Shown here: positions 1 to 11,284 of the stretch, piece by piece
Position numbering within the stretch: the stretch's first letter is position 1
Layout: every line of letters begins with the position of its first letter
Origin: an uncultured delta proteobacterium
GTDB taxonomy: Bacteria; Myxococcota_A; UBA9160; UBA4427
Reading direction: 5' to 3'
NCBI GenBank assembly: GCA_963822965.1
Contig: CAWGJT010000009.1
Coordinates: forward strand, 32,001-96,000
Length of the DNA stretch: 64,000 bases
Made by a program: the position numbers and the translations under genes
Notes under the pieces: generated by a model
What the model saw: the letters and a program-made list of their open reading frames with translations, nothing else
Told to the model about the DNA's origin: nothing
Databases searched by the model: none

Positions 1-1581
1 GTCCCGCTGGCGCAGCAGCGATTCGCCGTGCTGGAACTCGACCTCGGCCTGGACGGCCCGCTCGCTCTGGGCCGTCTTGGCGACGATCTTCTGGCCCTTC
101 TTGCGACCGGCCAGGTACTCCTTGCGACGCTTGGGATCGCGCAGGGTGTCGTGCGCCCGCGTCAGGAGCTGGAAGACTTCGTCGGCGAGCTGGCGCACCG
201 CCTCGCTGGCGTTGTTGTAGCGGTCGGGATGGGCCTTCCTCGCGAGCTCGTCGTAGGCGGCGTCGATGGTGCCGTCCGAGGCTTCCTCGGAGACCCCGAG
301 CATCTCGAAGTAGCTGCGACCCCGCAGCCGCTCGGCCATGGAGGCGAGGTCGGCGCGCACCCGGCGCTCCTCCTCGGCGGCGCCGCCGGTCGCAGCCCGG
401 GACGATGGCGCGCCGGTCGCTCCGGACTTCCGGGCCCGGGCCGGAGCCGGGGCCGAGGCCGAGGACGCCTCCCCCTCGAGCTCGAGCAGCTTCGCGGCCG
501 CCAGGCCGTAGAAGGTCCGTTGCATCGCCTCGTCGTTCCCGGTCAGCTGGCCCAGGGTGTGGGAGCCGTCGAGACCCTCGATCAGGGCCTGCTCGGCGGG
601 GCTCAGGTCCACCTCCTGGAAGCGGTAGAACGGACTGTCGGCGCGCCGCACCGGACGGTGACCGTTGCGCGCGAAGAAGGCCTGGATGCAGTCGATCGAC
701 GTGCCGCGCCGTACGCCGCTCAGGATGATGTTGGCCGGGCTCGTGGCGAGCGCCAGCGTGTTCCCGCGCTTGAGACGGCTTCCGATCTCCAGCCGGAACG
801 AGCCCCGCTTCCACTCGAAGATCTCGAACAGCTTGCTCTCGGCCTGGTCCTGCAGGGCCGCCGTGATCTCGTCCTCGCTGATCACGTCCATGGCGACGAG
901 AATCTGTCCCTGCAGACCCTCGCCCTTCTCCATGCGCGAGAGCGACTCGAGCATCGCCTCGTTGGAGAGCTTGCCGCTCCGCACGAGGTAGTTCCCCAGA
1001 CACTCGTGGACGAGGTTCGACTTGACCGCCACGGGATAGCCGTCCCGAAGCTGGATGGCCTTCTTCTTCTTGCCGCTGGAGATCATCAGCACGCCCGTGG
1101 CGCGCAGGCCGTGGAGATGGTGGAGCAGGTGCGGGAACTCGACCTCGGCGAGGTCTCCCTCGACCTGGGGCCCTTCGCCCCGCTTGCGGTTGCGGGCCCG
1201 GGGCGGCGCGGCCTTCACGTGCTTCTTCACCAGGGCCCGCAGGTCGTCGAGGGCCACGGGCTTCGCGAGCAGCGCCTGGGCGCCGAGCTTCTTGGCCCGC
1301 TCCTGGTACTGGGGGGTGACGCGACTGGGGCTGGTGAGCAGGACGGGGGTCTGCCCGACGGGTCCGTCGAGCTTCCGGACCGCTTCCAGCACCGCGAATC
1401 CGTCGCGGCGGGGGAGCGTGATGTCGAGCAGGACGAGGTCCGGACGCTCCTCCCGAACGATCTGGAGGGCGTGCTCTCCGTCGTGCGCGGGAAGGGTGCG
1501 GTAGCCCTGGTCGCCGAAGGCTTTTTCGAGGATCTTGAAGAGCTGCCGATCGACGTCGGCGCAGAGAATCGTCGTGGCCAT
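1..1581 (-). CDS. Response regulator receiver + DUF4388/PATAN-like + DnaJ J-domain + TPR protein (3' end runs off the window)
   Basis: Own translation (not in ORF track): MATTILCADVD...VLLDITLPRRDG...LLAKP (REC); EGDLAEVEFPHLLHHL...GVLMI (DUF4388-like); YFEMLGV...AYDELAKEAHPDRY...AHDTLRDPKRRKEY (J domain with HPD); then AEVEFQHGESLL (TPR start). GGAG SD upstream of ATG at 1581. Confidence 0.85.
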   Translation of the reverse strand, partial: MATTILCADVDRQLFKILEKAFGDQGYRTLPAHDGEHALQIVREERPDLVLLDITLPRRDGFAVLEAVRKLDGPVGQTPVLLTSPSRVTPQYQERAKKLGAQALLAKPVALDDLRALVKKHVKAAPPRARNRKRGEGPQVEGDLAEVEFPHLLHHLHGLRATGVLMISSGKKKKAIQLRDGYPVAVKSNLVHECLGNYLVRSGKLSNEAMLESLSRMEKGEGLQGQILVAMDVISEDEITAALQDQAESKLFEIFEWKRGSFRLEIGSRLKRGNTLALATSPANIILSGVRRGTSIDCIQAFFARNGHRPVRRADSPFYRFQEVDLSPAEQALIEGLDGSHTLGQLTGNDEAMQRTFYGLAAAKLLELEGEASSASAPAPARARKSGATGAPSSRAATGGAAEEERRVRADLASMAERLRGRSYFEMLGVSEEASDGTIDAAYDELARKAHPDRYNNASEAVRQLADEVFQLLTRAHDTLRDPKRRKEYLAGRKKGQKIVAKTAQSERAVQAEVEFQHGESLLRQRD

Positions 1582-1650
1582 CGGCGGCACTCCTTCGCCA
1601 GGCCGTATCGACCGGACGGCCGACCCCACTTGAGCCGCGGGTCCAGCGCC

Positions 1651-2722
1651 TCAGCGCGAGCGCGCAGAGCGCCGCCAGGCTCTCCTTGTACGGCGGCCGA
1701 GCGACGCCCTGCTCGGTCACGATGGCGGTCACGAAGCGTGCGGGCGTGACGTCGAAGGCCGGGTGCCGGGCTCGGCGCCGGGCGGCGCCAGCCGCGACCC
1801 GCGAGCTCGAGCACCTCGCGCGGGCTGCGCTCCTCGATGGGGATCGCGGCGCCGTCGGGCGTGGCGAGATCGACGGTCGGAGGTCGGTGCGGCGACGTAG
1901 AAGGGAATGCCGTGCTCGCGAGCCAGCACCGCCAGCGGATAGGTGCCGATCTTGTTGGCGACGTCGCCGTTGGCGGCGATCCGATCGGCGCCGACGATGA
2001 CCAGGTCCACCTCGCCGTGCGCCATCAGGTGGCCCGCCATGCCGTCGGTGACGACGGTCACCGGAATGCCGTCCTGGCAGAGCTCCCAGGCGGTGAGCCG
2101 CGAGCCCTGGAGGAAGGGGCGGGTCTCGTCCGCCAGCACGCGCACCCGCGCGCCCGTGCTCCACCGCCGAGCGCACGACGCCCAGGGCGGTGCCGTGGCC
2201 CGCGGTCGCCAGGGCGCCCGCGTTGCAATGGGTGAGAACCCGGGCGCCGTCGGGTCGGTCGGGCACCAGCTCGAACCCGGCGTCGCCGATCGCCCGGTTC
2301 GTCGCGACGTCCTCCGCCACGATGCGCAGGGCCTCGTCCACGAGGGCCTGCCGGACCGCCCCGGCGTCGCCCTCGCTGGCGGCGGCGGCGAGCCGGCGAC
2401 ACATGCGATCGAGCGCCCAGAAGAGATTGACCGCCGTCGGCCGCGTCTTCGCCAGCCGGGCGCACGCCTGCTCGACGTCGCGCACGAGGTCGGGCAGGTC
2501 CCGCGCCGGGCTGCGCCGCGCGGCCAGCGCCACGCCCAGCGCGGCCGCGCAGCCGATGGCCGGTGCGCCCCGCACCACCATGTCCTCGATGGCGCGCGCC
2601 ACCTCCTCGACGCTGCCGAGGGTCAGGTAGATCTCCTCGTCGGGCAGGCGGCGCTGATCGAGGAGCACGACGCCGTCCTCGCTCCAGCCCAGGGTGAACC
2701 AGCGGTGGGCCTCAGCGCTCAT
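1651..2722 (-). CDS. mtnA: S-methyl-5-thioribose-1-phosphate isomerase (frameshifted; 3' end approximate)
   Basis: [70 protein letters not shown] and [14 protein letters not shown], spread over several frames. Confidence 0.92.
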
Positions 2723-3713
2723 CCGGCGTGTCTCCTTCCGTTCGGGTCCCGGCGTCGGTCCGGCCCGGACGGCCCGTCTCGCCGCCCCGGGTGAGCTCGC
2801 CCCGGAAGCGCTCGACGCGCAGTGCCACCTCGTCGAGGCGCAGGCGACCCCCGGCGCCGGGCACGATCCGGCCGCCGATGCTCACGCCGCTTCCCGACGC
2901 CTGCGTCCCCGCGTCAGCGTACTCGACGCGGGCGCGCGAGGCGTCGATCTGGAAGCGGCCCGGCTCCTGGCCGTCCCCGTTCGCCGGCAGCCAGGCGACC
3001 AGCGCGATGGGACCCTCGAGCGACAGCGGCGGAATCCGGATGCGAGCGCCCGAGGAGGCCAGCCGCAGAACCGACGGCTCGCCGGCGGACCGCACGAAGC
3101 GGCCGTCGTAGGTGCCGGAGAGCGAAGCCGTTCCGGACCGCCCGCTCTCGAGGAGCGGGGCGAACGCCGCGCTCTCCACGCCCTCGATCGTGACCTCGCC
3201 GACGAACCCCTGCGCGTCCACCTGCCCGAGAAGATCGATCGTGCCGCCGGTCTCGGGCCGGAGGGCTCCCTGGAGCGACCACCCGGGCGACCCCGCGACT
3301 TCCGAGAGCGCGAGCTCCAGGTCGCCCGCGAGCCCGAAGACCGACGCCGGATCGCGAGCGGGAGCCGGCGGGCCCTCGAGCCGCGCGTCCCCCGTCACCC
3401 GGACGCCGCGGATCTTCGGCCGATCCGCGAGCAGCGACGCCAGCTCGACGTCGATCCGGGTCTCACCCAGCGCCAGGCGCGCGCCGTCCTCCAGCTCCAA
3501 CACCGGCCGCGGCAGGCGCAGTCCGCCGGGCCGGAAGCAGACCCGGATCTCGCCCGGCTCGAATCGCACACCGAGCTGGGCGCGCGCGGCTCCGACCAGC
3601 GCGTCGCGCAGGGCCGGGCTCGCCTCGAGCCGCACGCGCAGCAGCAGGGCTGCGCTCGCGACGAGCAGCACCAGCGCCACCAAGACCAGCCCCACGCGAA
3701 GCCAGGCCCGCAT
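2712..3713 (-). CDS. Hypothetical exported protein with N-terminal membrane anchor (AsmA-like beta-rich)
   Basis: ATG at 3713 (MRAWLRVGLVLVALVLLVA...), 10 bp after the gatB stop; its stop overlaps the mtnA start; Gly-rich alternating beta pattern. Confidence 0.55.
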   Translation of the reverse strand: MRAWLRVGLVLVALVLLVASAALLLRVRLEASPALRDALVGAARAQLGVRFEPGEIRVCFRPGGLRLPRPVLELEDGARLALGETRIDVELASLLADRPKIRGVRVTGDARLEGPPAPARDPASVFGLAGDLELALSEVAGSPGWSLQGALRPETGGTIDLLGQVDAQGFVGEVTIEGVESAAFAPLLESGRSGTASLSGTYDGRFVRSAGEPSVLRLASSGARIRIPPLSLEGPIALVAWLPANGDGQEPGRFQIDASRARVEYADAGTQASGSGVSIGGRIVPGAGGRLRLDEVALRVERFRGELTRGGETGRPGRTDAGTRTEGDTPDER

Positions 3714-3723
3714 CGCGCGTCCC

Positions 3724-5237
3724 TCAGCCGAGCTTCTGCAGCAGCAGCTCGCGAACCCGGGTCGGGATTCGCCTTGCCCCGGGTCTTCTTCATGACCTGG
3801 CCCATCAGGAAGTTGATGGACTTCTGGTCGCCCTGCCGGAAGCTCGCGACGGCCTCCGGGTTGGCGTCGACCACCTGGCCCACCGCAGTCTCGATCAGGC
3901 CCTCGTCCGAGACCGCCTCCAGGCCCCGCTCGGGCCATCAGCTCCCGGGGTCTCCGCCCCGCTGGCGACGAGCTCCGGCACCAGCTCCTGGGCGCTCTTC
4001 ACCGTGAGCCGGCCCGCCTCGACGAGGCCGATCAGGTCGGCGAGAGCGCCGGGGGTGATCCGGGCGTCCTCGACCTCGAGCCCGCGCCTCCTTCAGGGCG
4101 CGCAGCAGGTCGCGCAGGATCCAGTTGGCGACGGTCTTCGGCTTGTCGCCGCCGGCCTCGGCCCGGGCCGCCACCACCGCCTCGTAGAAGTCGGCGAGCG
4201 TCCGGCTGGCCGTCAGGATGCGGGCGTCGTGCTGCGACAGGTCGTGCTCCCGTTGCAGACGCGCGCACCGCTCCTCGGGCAGCTCCGGCATGGCGGCTCG
4301 GACGGCTTCGATCTGCGCCCCGGAGATGACGAGGGGGATGAGGTCCGGATCCGGGAAGTAGCGGTAGTCGTCCGAGTTCTCCTTGAGGCGCATCACCCGG
4401 GTGGCGCCCCGCACGGGGTCGAAGGCCATGGTCGCCTGCACGACCCGGCCGCCGGCGTCGAGCACCTCGGCCTGGCGCAGGGCCTCGGCCTCGATGGCCG
4501 CCTCGACGTTCGCGAAGGAGTTGAGGTTCTTGATCTCGGTGCGCGTGCCCAGGGGGTCGCTGCCGCGCGGTCGCAGCGAGACGTTGGCGTCGCAGCGGAA
4601 CTGCCCCTTCTCCATGATCGGCGTCGGAGACGCCGATGTACCGCAGGATCGAGCGCAGGGAGCGCAGGTAGGCGCTCGCCTCCGCGGCCGACCGCAGGTC
4701 CGGCTCCGACACGATCTCGAGCAGGGGCACGCCCGGCCCGGTTCAGGTCGACGAGCGAGGCGTCGCGAGCCGGCCAGCGCGGGATCGTGGATCGACTTGC
4801 CCGCGTCCTCCTCGAGGTGGGCGCGGGTGATGCGGATGCGACGGATCTCGCCGGTCTCGCTCTCGACGTCCACGTGGCCGCCGGTGACGACGGGCTCCTC
4901 GAACTGCGAGATCTGGTAGCCCTTCGGCAGGTCCGGATAGAAGTAGTTCTTGCGCGCGAAGACCGAGCGCGGGTTGACGCGGCCGTGCATGGCGAGGCCG
5001 AAGCGGATCGCCAGCTCGACCGCCCGGGCGTTCAGCACCGGCAGCACGCCCGGCAGGGCGAGATCGATGACGTGGACGTCGTGGTTCGGCGCGTCGCCGT
5101 AGCGGACCGGCGCGGGGCTGAAGAGCTTCGAGGCCGTGGCGCAGGTGCGTGTGCACCTCGAGACCGATCACGATCTCGTAGCGATCCGACCAGGCGTCCG
5201 CAGCGCGGGCGCGGCCCGTGGCCTTCGACGCGCTCAC
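3724..5237 (-). CDS. gatB: Asp/Glu-tRNA amidotransferase subunit B (frameshifted)
   Basis: [86 protein letters not shown]. Confidence 0.96.
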
Positions 5238-6713
5238 GACGGCTCCGGCGGACGGCGCAGGTGGTGATCCGTGCGCCGTTGGAAGGCGTCCGCGACGCGC
5301 AGCAGGGTCGCCTCGTCCAGCGGCCGGCCCAGCAGCTGCAGGCCCACCGGCATGCCGGACGCCGCACCGCAGGGCAGCGAGACGCCGGGAACGCCCGCGA
5401 GATTCGCGGTGACGGTGAAGACGTCCGACAGATACATCCGGAGGGGATCGTCGCTCCGCTCGCCGAGCGGAAACGCAACCTCGGGACTCGTCGGCAGGGC
5501 CAGCACGTCGCAGGCGGAGAAGGCCCGCTCGAAGTCCTGCCGCAGCAGCGTGCGCACCTGCTGCGCCTTGCGGTAGTAGGCGTCGTAGTAGCCGGCGCGA
5601 CAGCACGTAGGTGCCGAGCAGGATGCGGCGCTTCACCTCGGCGCCGAACCCCTCGGAGCGCGAGCGGCGGTAGAGGTCGTCCATGTCCCGCGCGTTCGCG
5701 GCCCGCCGGCCGTAGCGGACCCCGTCGAAGCGGGCGAGGTTGCTCGACGCCTCGGCGGTGGCGATCAGGTAGTAGGTGGCGATCGCATAGCGGCTGTGGG
5801 GCAGCGACACCTCGACGATCTTCGCGCCGGCGGCTTCGAGCTCGGCAACGCCTTCCCGCACCGCGCTCGAGCACGTCCGCGTCCACGCCTTCGCTGACGA
5901 AGCACTCGCGCGGAAGCCCGATCCGGAGGCCGGAAACGTCTCCCGTGAGCGCCGCGTCGAAATCCGGCACGGACTCGGGGATCGACGTGGAATCGCGCGG
6001 GTCGTGGCCGGCGATCTCGCCCAGGATCCACGCGCAGTCGCGCGCCGATCGCGCGATCGGTCCGATCTGGTCGAGGGACGACGCGTAGGCGACGAGCCCC
6101 CAGCGCGAGACGCGGCCGTAGGTCGGCTTGAGGCCCGTCACGCCGCAGAAGCCCGCGGGCTGGCGGATCGAGCCGCCCGTGTCGCTGCCGAGCGCCATGG
6201 GCACGATGCCCGCCGCCACCGCCGCCGCGGGTCCGCCCGAGGAGCCCCCGCAGGTCCGGGACGGGTCCCACGGGTTGTGGGTCGGCCCGTAGCAGCGAGC
6301 TCTCGGTCGAGGAGCCCATGGCGAACTCGTCCATGTTGGCGCGGCCGAGCACGATGGCGCCGGCGCGCCCGAGCCGCTCCACCACGGCGGCGTCGTACGG
6401 GCGAGACGAAGCCCTCCAGGATGCGCGAGCCGCAGGTGGTGGGCTCTCCCCGCTGGACCAGGTTGTCCTTCAGCAGCAGGGGAACGCCGTCGAGACGCGA
6501 GCGGAGCTCCCCCGCGCGCCGACGTTCGTCTGCGGCCCGGGCCTCCCGCAGGGCCGCGCCGGGCCGAACGCCCACCACGGCGCCCAGCGCCGCCCGGGCC
6601 TGGGCCCGCGAGAGTGCGGCCTCCACCAGCTCGACGGACGAGACGCCGCCCCCGTCGAGCTGTCGGCGGGCCTCGGCCAGGCTGGCCAGGGCCGCTGCGG
6701 GGTCGGCCGTCAC
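5234..6713 (-). CDS. gatA: Asp/Glu-tRNA amidotransferase subunit A (frameshifted)
   Basis: [75 protein letters not shown]. Confidence 0.96.
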
Positions 6714-7014
6714 GATCCTTCCTCGTCGATCACCCGGGGCACCACGAACGCCGTACCCGCCGATTCCGGGGCGTTGGACATCGACCAGGTCCGCGTCCAG
6801 GGGCTCCACGGCCACGTCCTCCCGCAGCGGCGTCGGCAGGGCGATGGCGTGGGCGGTCGGCTCGACCCCCTCCGTGTCGAGGGCCTGGAGGTCCGCCACG
6901 TAGTCGAGGATCCGCTCGAGATCCCGCTCCATGCGCCCGGGCGCCGTCTTCGCTGAGGGAGAGCTGGGAGAGCGCGGCGATGCGGTCGACCTGCTGCCGG
7001 GTGATCCGCGCCAT
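6710..7014 (-). CDS. gatC: Asp/Glu-tRNA amidotransferase subunit C (frameshifted)
   Basis: [18 protein letters not shown] / [30 protein letters not shown] / FVVPRVI; lies directly upstream of gatA. Confidence 0.92.
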
Positions 7015-7084
7015 CGGGCGCAGAGGCTACCAGAGCGGTCGCGTTTGCGCCCGACCCCGCCGCCGCTTACCTTCGCGCGCCTAC

Positions 7085-8524
7085 ATGGCCGAACTGACTG
7101 AACTTTTCTCGCAGCTTCCCGAAGACATCCAGACCGCCCTGCAAGAGCTGGGCTGGTCCACGCCCACGCCCGTCCAGGCGAAGGCGATCCCGCTCATGCG
7201 CGACGGCGGCGATCTGATCATCCAGGCGCAGACGGGCAGCGGCAAGACCGGCGCCTTCGGGATCCCCATCGTCGAGTGCATCGACGTCGAGCAGCGCACC
7301 ATCCAGGCCCTCGTCATGCTGCCGACCCGCGAGCTCGCCAACCAGGTCGCGAACGAGCTTCGCATCCTCGGTGCACACCGCGGCGTGAAGGTGCTGCCCG
7401 TCTACGGCGGCGTCGGCTACGGGCCGCAGATCGAAGCCCTCGAAGGGGGCACCCACGTGTCGTCGGCACGCCGGGCCGCATCCTCGACCACCTGGGCAAC
7501 GGCCGCATGAGCCTCCAGGACGTGCGGGTGCTGGTGCTCGACGAGGCGGACGAGATGCTCTCGCTGGGCTTCTGGCCCGACATGCGGGAGATCGCGGGCT
7601 ATCTGCCCGAAGAAGCGCAGCTCCCATCTCTTCTCGGCCACGATTCCCGAGAAGGTGCGGTCGCTGTCGCGCTTCTTCCTGCACGACGAGACCTACGTCG
7701 CGCTCGACGAGAGCCAGCACGGCCCCCAGCAGATCGAGCACTTCTACTACGTCTGCCCCGCCGCGGAGAAGGAGGCGCTGCTCGCGCGGATCCTCGAGTA
7801 CGAGGATCCCGAGAGCGCGATCATCTTCTGCAACACCAAGGCCGACGTCCGCTTCGTGACGGGCTACCTGCAGAAGCGAGGCTTCGACGCCGACCAGATC
7901 TCGGGCGACCTCGCCCAGGCCGCCCGCGAGAAGGCGATGCGGCGCATCAAGGAAGGGAAGCTGCGCTTCCTGGTGGCCACCGACGTCGCCGCTCGCGGCA
8001 TCGACATCAGCGACCTCTCCCACGTCATCAGCTACTCGACCCCCGACTCGCCCGAGGTGTACGTCCACCGCACGGGTCGCACCGGTCGGGCCGGCAAGGC
8101 CGGCGTCGCCATCTCGCTGATCTCGGGCCTCGACATCGGCAACTTCCGCTTCATGCAGCAGGTCAACAAGATCAAGATCCTCGAGCGCAAGCTCCCCACC
8201 GAGAAGCAGCTGATCTCGCGCACGCGCGAGCGCCTGCAGGTGAAGGTGGAGCACGAGCTGCGGGCGGTCCCCAAGTCGGAGCAGACGTACATCATCGACC
8301 GCCTGATCCCGGTGGTGGAGGAGATGGCCGACAGCATCGAGGGTCGTCGCGACCTCGCCGCGGTGTGCGCCGCCTATCTGAAGGAGCACCGGCCGGAGAC
8401 GACCGTCGACGAGAGCGAGATCGAGAGCGAGAGCACGTCCCCGCCCCCGGAAGAGCCCCGCCGCCCGCGCCGCGGCGGCGACCGCAAGGGGCGCGGCCGG
8501 AGTCGCGGCCGCCCGCGACGCTAG
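7085..8524 (+). CDS. DEAD-box RNA helicase (frameshifted near 7460 and 7610)
   Basis: Q motif PTPVQ, AQTGSGKT, PTRELA, TPGR, LDEADEM, FSAT, ATDVAARGID, YVHRTGRTGRAG; basic C-terminal tail. Confidence 0.93.
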
Positions 8525-8537
8525 CCCGGCCTGCTCG

Positions 8538-9824
8538 ATGAAGCCGGAAGCGCGGCTCGCAGGCCCGCTCGGCTCCTGGTTTCCCGTCCACCTCCCCGAG
8601 CGCTTTCGCACGCCCGGCCCGTGGCTGTGGGCGGCCCTCGCGCTGGGAGCCGCCGCGCGGGCGTGGTTCGTGCTGGGAACCGGAGGCACCCTCGACGTCG
8701 ACGTGTGGGCCGGCCATGCCTGGGAGATCAACCAGAAGGGACTGATCGGCTACTACCACGGCGGCGAGTACATCTTCAACCACCCGCCGCTCATGGGCGA
8801 GATCTTCTCGCGCCTCTACGTGCTGGCGGCGACGACGGGCATTCCCTTCGCGGTGCTCCTGCGCGCGCCCTTCGCCTTCCTGGACTTCGGCACCGCGCTG
8901 CTGGTCTGGAAGCTCCTCGAAGGCGACCCGCGTCGCTTCGCCTTCCTGGCCGCCTACTGGCTGCTGCCCCTGGCGATCGTCTTCTCGTCCTACCACGGGA
9001 ACACCGACTCGGCGCTGGCCTTCTTCGTGACCGGCGCGGTGATCCTCGTCTCCCGGCAGAAGCCGCTGTGGGCGGGCGTCGTGCTCGGGATGGGGCTGTG
9101 GATCAAGTTCCCCGCGGTGCTCGCCGTCCCGGCGCTGGCCTTCGGCCTCGCCGGCTGGCGCGACCGGGCCGCCTTCGTGGCCGCCACCGGCGCCGTGGGA
9201 ATCGCGAGCTACGTGCCCGCGCTGCTGCAGGATGCGCGGGTGGTGATCGACTCGGTCTTCCTCTATCCGGGACTGCAGATCCGCTCGCCCGCGGGCGTCG
9301 CCGTGTGGGGCATCCAGGTCTTCTATCCCGACCCGCAGTCGCTTCCGGCGGACTGGCGCGACCTCTTCCGGCAGGCGGTCCGCGCGATCTACCTGGCGAA
9401 CAGCTGGATCTGCGTCGTCCCCATCGTCTTCCTCGCCTGGGCCCGGCGCGAGGCCCGCTCGCCGCTGGGCATCGCCGGCAACGTCGGCGCCAGCTACGTG
9501 GTCTTCCACGGCCTCACGAACTTCTGGGCCTTCCAGTACCTGGCCTGGGCGCTTCCCCTGTGGCTCGTGGCGGGCGGGCGCTTCACCCTGCCGGCGATGC
9601 TCGTGACCACCGCCTACGTGTACGGCCTCGACGCGTGGCTCTGCGGCGGGCTCTCCCTGGCCGGCAGCTGGGACTTCCTCGGCAAGCCGCACTGGCCGCG
9701 GTGGATCCTGCTCGTGCGCGACGGTGCCGTTCTCTTCTTCCTGGCGAGCGCGTGCTTCCTCCTCGTGCGAGACGGTCGCGAAGCCGTGCGGGACGTCCTG
9801 CGACCGCGTTCGGCGGCCGGCTGA
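8538..9824 (+). CDS. Polytopic membrane protein, GT-C-type glycosyltransferase candidate (GT87/DUF2029-like)
   Basis: About 11 hydrophobic segments; GTLDV after TM1, FNHPP, YHGNTD, IKFP, WAFQYLAW. Confidence 0.6.
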   Translation: MKPEARLAGPLGSWFPVHLPERFRTPGPWLWAALALGAAARAWFVLGTGGTLDVDVWAGHAWEINQKGLIGYYHGGEYIFNHPPLMGEIFSRLYVLAATTGIPFAVLLRAPFAFLDFGTALLVWKLLEGDPRRFAFLAAYWLLPLAIVFSSYHGNTDSALAFFVTGAVILVSRQKPLWAGVVLGMGLWIKFPAVLAVPALAFGLAGWRDRAAFVAATGAVGIASYVPALLQDARVVIDSVFLYPGLQIRSPAGVAVWGIQVFYPDPQSLPADWRDLFRQAVRAIYLANSWICVVPIVFLAWARREARSPLGIAGNVGASYVVFHGLTNFWAFQYLAWALPLWLVAGGRFTLPAMLVTTAYVYGLDAWLCGGLSLAGSWDFLGKPHWPRWILLVRDGAVLFFLASACFLLVRDGREAVRDVLRPRSAAG

Positions 9825-9834
9825 GCGCAACGCC

Positions 9835-11265
9835 ATGCTCTTCAGCTCGACGACCTTCCTCTTCGCATTCCTGCCGGTCGTGCTCACCGTGTACCTCGTG
9901 GGCGTGCGAGCGGGCGCGAGCGTGCGGATGCGCAACGCCTGGCTGCTGCTCGCGAGCCTGCTCTTCTACGCCTGGGGCGAGACGCTCTACGTGGCGGTCC
10001 TGCTCGTCTCGATCGCCGGAAACCACGTCTTCGGCCGGTTCATCGATCGCAGCGAGAGCCCCGTCGGTCGGCGGCGCGTGCTTGCGGCGGCGGTGGCCGG
10101 GAACCTCGGTCTGCTCTTCTGCTTCAAGTACGCGAACTTCTTCGCCGACGGCTGGAACGCCGTGCTGGTCCCCGCCGGCGCGGCACGCCTCGATCTGGCG
10201 CCCGTCCATCTCCCCATCGGCATCTCGTTCTTCACGTTCCAGGCCCTCACCTACGTGGTGGACGTCTACCGCCGCGACGCGCCCGCGGCGGGCTCGCTCG
10301 CCCGGGTGGGGCTCTACATCTCGCTCTTCCCCCAGCTCATCGCGGGCCCGATCGTCCGCTACGCGAGCATCGCGGTGGAGCTCCGCGAGCGGCGAGCGAG
10401 CGCCGAGGACGTGGCGGCCGGAATCCGGCGCTTCACCATCGGCCTGGGCAAGAAGGTGCTCGTCGCGAACACTCTGTCGGTCCCGGCCGACGGCATCTTC
10501 GCGCTGCCACCGGGCGAGCTGGGAGCGAGCGTCGCCTGGCTCGGTGCCGTCTGCTACGCGCTGCAGATCTACTTCGACTTCTCCGGCTACTCCGACATGG
10601 CCATCGGCCTCGGTCGCATCTTCGGCTTCCACTTTCCCGAGAACTTCCTGCACCCCTACACGTCGCGTTCGGTCCGGGAGTTCTGGCGACGCTGGCACGT
10701 GACCCTCTCGACGTGGTTCCGGGACTACCTCTACATCCCGCTGGGCGGCAGCCGGCGGGGCGCCCTGCGGACCCACGCGAACCTGCTCGCCGTCTTCGTC
10801 CTCTGCGGGCTGTGGCACGGGGCGAGCGCCACCTTCCTGGTGTGGGGGCTGCTGCACGGAAGCCTGATGGTGGCCGAGCGGCAGGGGCTCGGACGGATGC
10901 TCGAGCGCCTGCCCGGCGGGCTCGCCCGGACCTACACGCTGCTCGCGGTCACCCTCGCGTGGGTGGTCTTCCGGTCCGACGACCTGCCGCACGCGGCGGG
11001 CTACGCGGCCGCCCTCTTCTCCCCGGGCGGCGATCCCCAGGCGGTCCATCCCCTCGCGCTCTTCCTCGACGCGAAGGTGGCGCTGGCGATCGCGGCGGGC
11101 GTCGCGGGCTCGGCTCCGTGGCTCGACGCGTGGCGCGCGCGCCTCGAGCCGCTCTCCGCGGGCTGGCGGATCGCCCGGCATCTCGCGCTCGATCTGCTGC
11201 TGTGCGCGTGCGCCATGGCGCTCGCCTCCGGCACCCACAATCCCTTCATCTACTTCCGGTTCTGA
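9835..11265 (+). CDS. algI: MBOAT O-acyltransferase, AlgI/DltB/PatA type
   Basis: MLFSS..FLF, LPIGISFFTFQ, FPQLIAGPIVR, QIYFDFSGYSDMAIG, FWRRWH.TLS.WFRDYLYIPLGG, GLWHG, FIYFRF. Confidence 0.9.
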   Translation: MLFSSTTFLFAFLPVVLTVYLVGVRAGASVRMRNAWLLLASLLFYAWGETLYVAVLLVSIAGNHVFGRFIDRSESPVGRRRVLAAAVAGNLGLLFCFKYANFFADGWNAVLVPAGAARLDLAPVHLPIGISFFTFQALTYVVDVYRRDAPAAGSLARVGLYISLFPQLIAGPIVRYASIAVELRERRASAEDVAAGIRRFTIGLGKKVLVANTLSVPADGIFALPPGELGASVAWLGAVCYALQIYFDFSGYSDMAIGLGRIFGFHFPENFLHPYTSRSVREFWRRWHVTLSTWFRDYLYIPLGGSRRGALRTHANLLAVFVLCGLWHGASATFLVWGLLHGSLMVAERQGLGRMLERLPGGLARTYTLLAVTLAWVVFRSDDLPHAAGYAAALFSPGGDPQAVHPLALFLDAKVALAIAAGVAGSAPWLDAWRARLEPLSAGWRIARHLALDLLLCACAMALASGTHNPFIYFRF

Positions 11266-11284
11266 CGCGAGCCCGTGAGCGCGC

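Noticed and set aside
28..1749. 573-aa plus-strand ORF and the many other long antisense ORFs (e.g. 20481-23204, 25613-28717)
   Set aside because: Shadow ORFs opposite genes with clear family motifs.
3724..7014. gatCAB (and ddl, pcrA, nhaA) as pseudogenes or programmed frameshift sites
   Set aside because: Motifs are intact, indels are numerous and irregular, and no slippery-site pattern is evident; sequencing error is more parsimonious.
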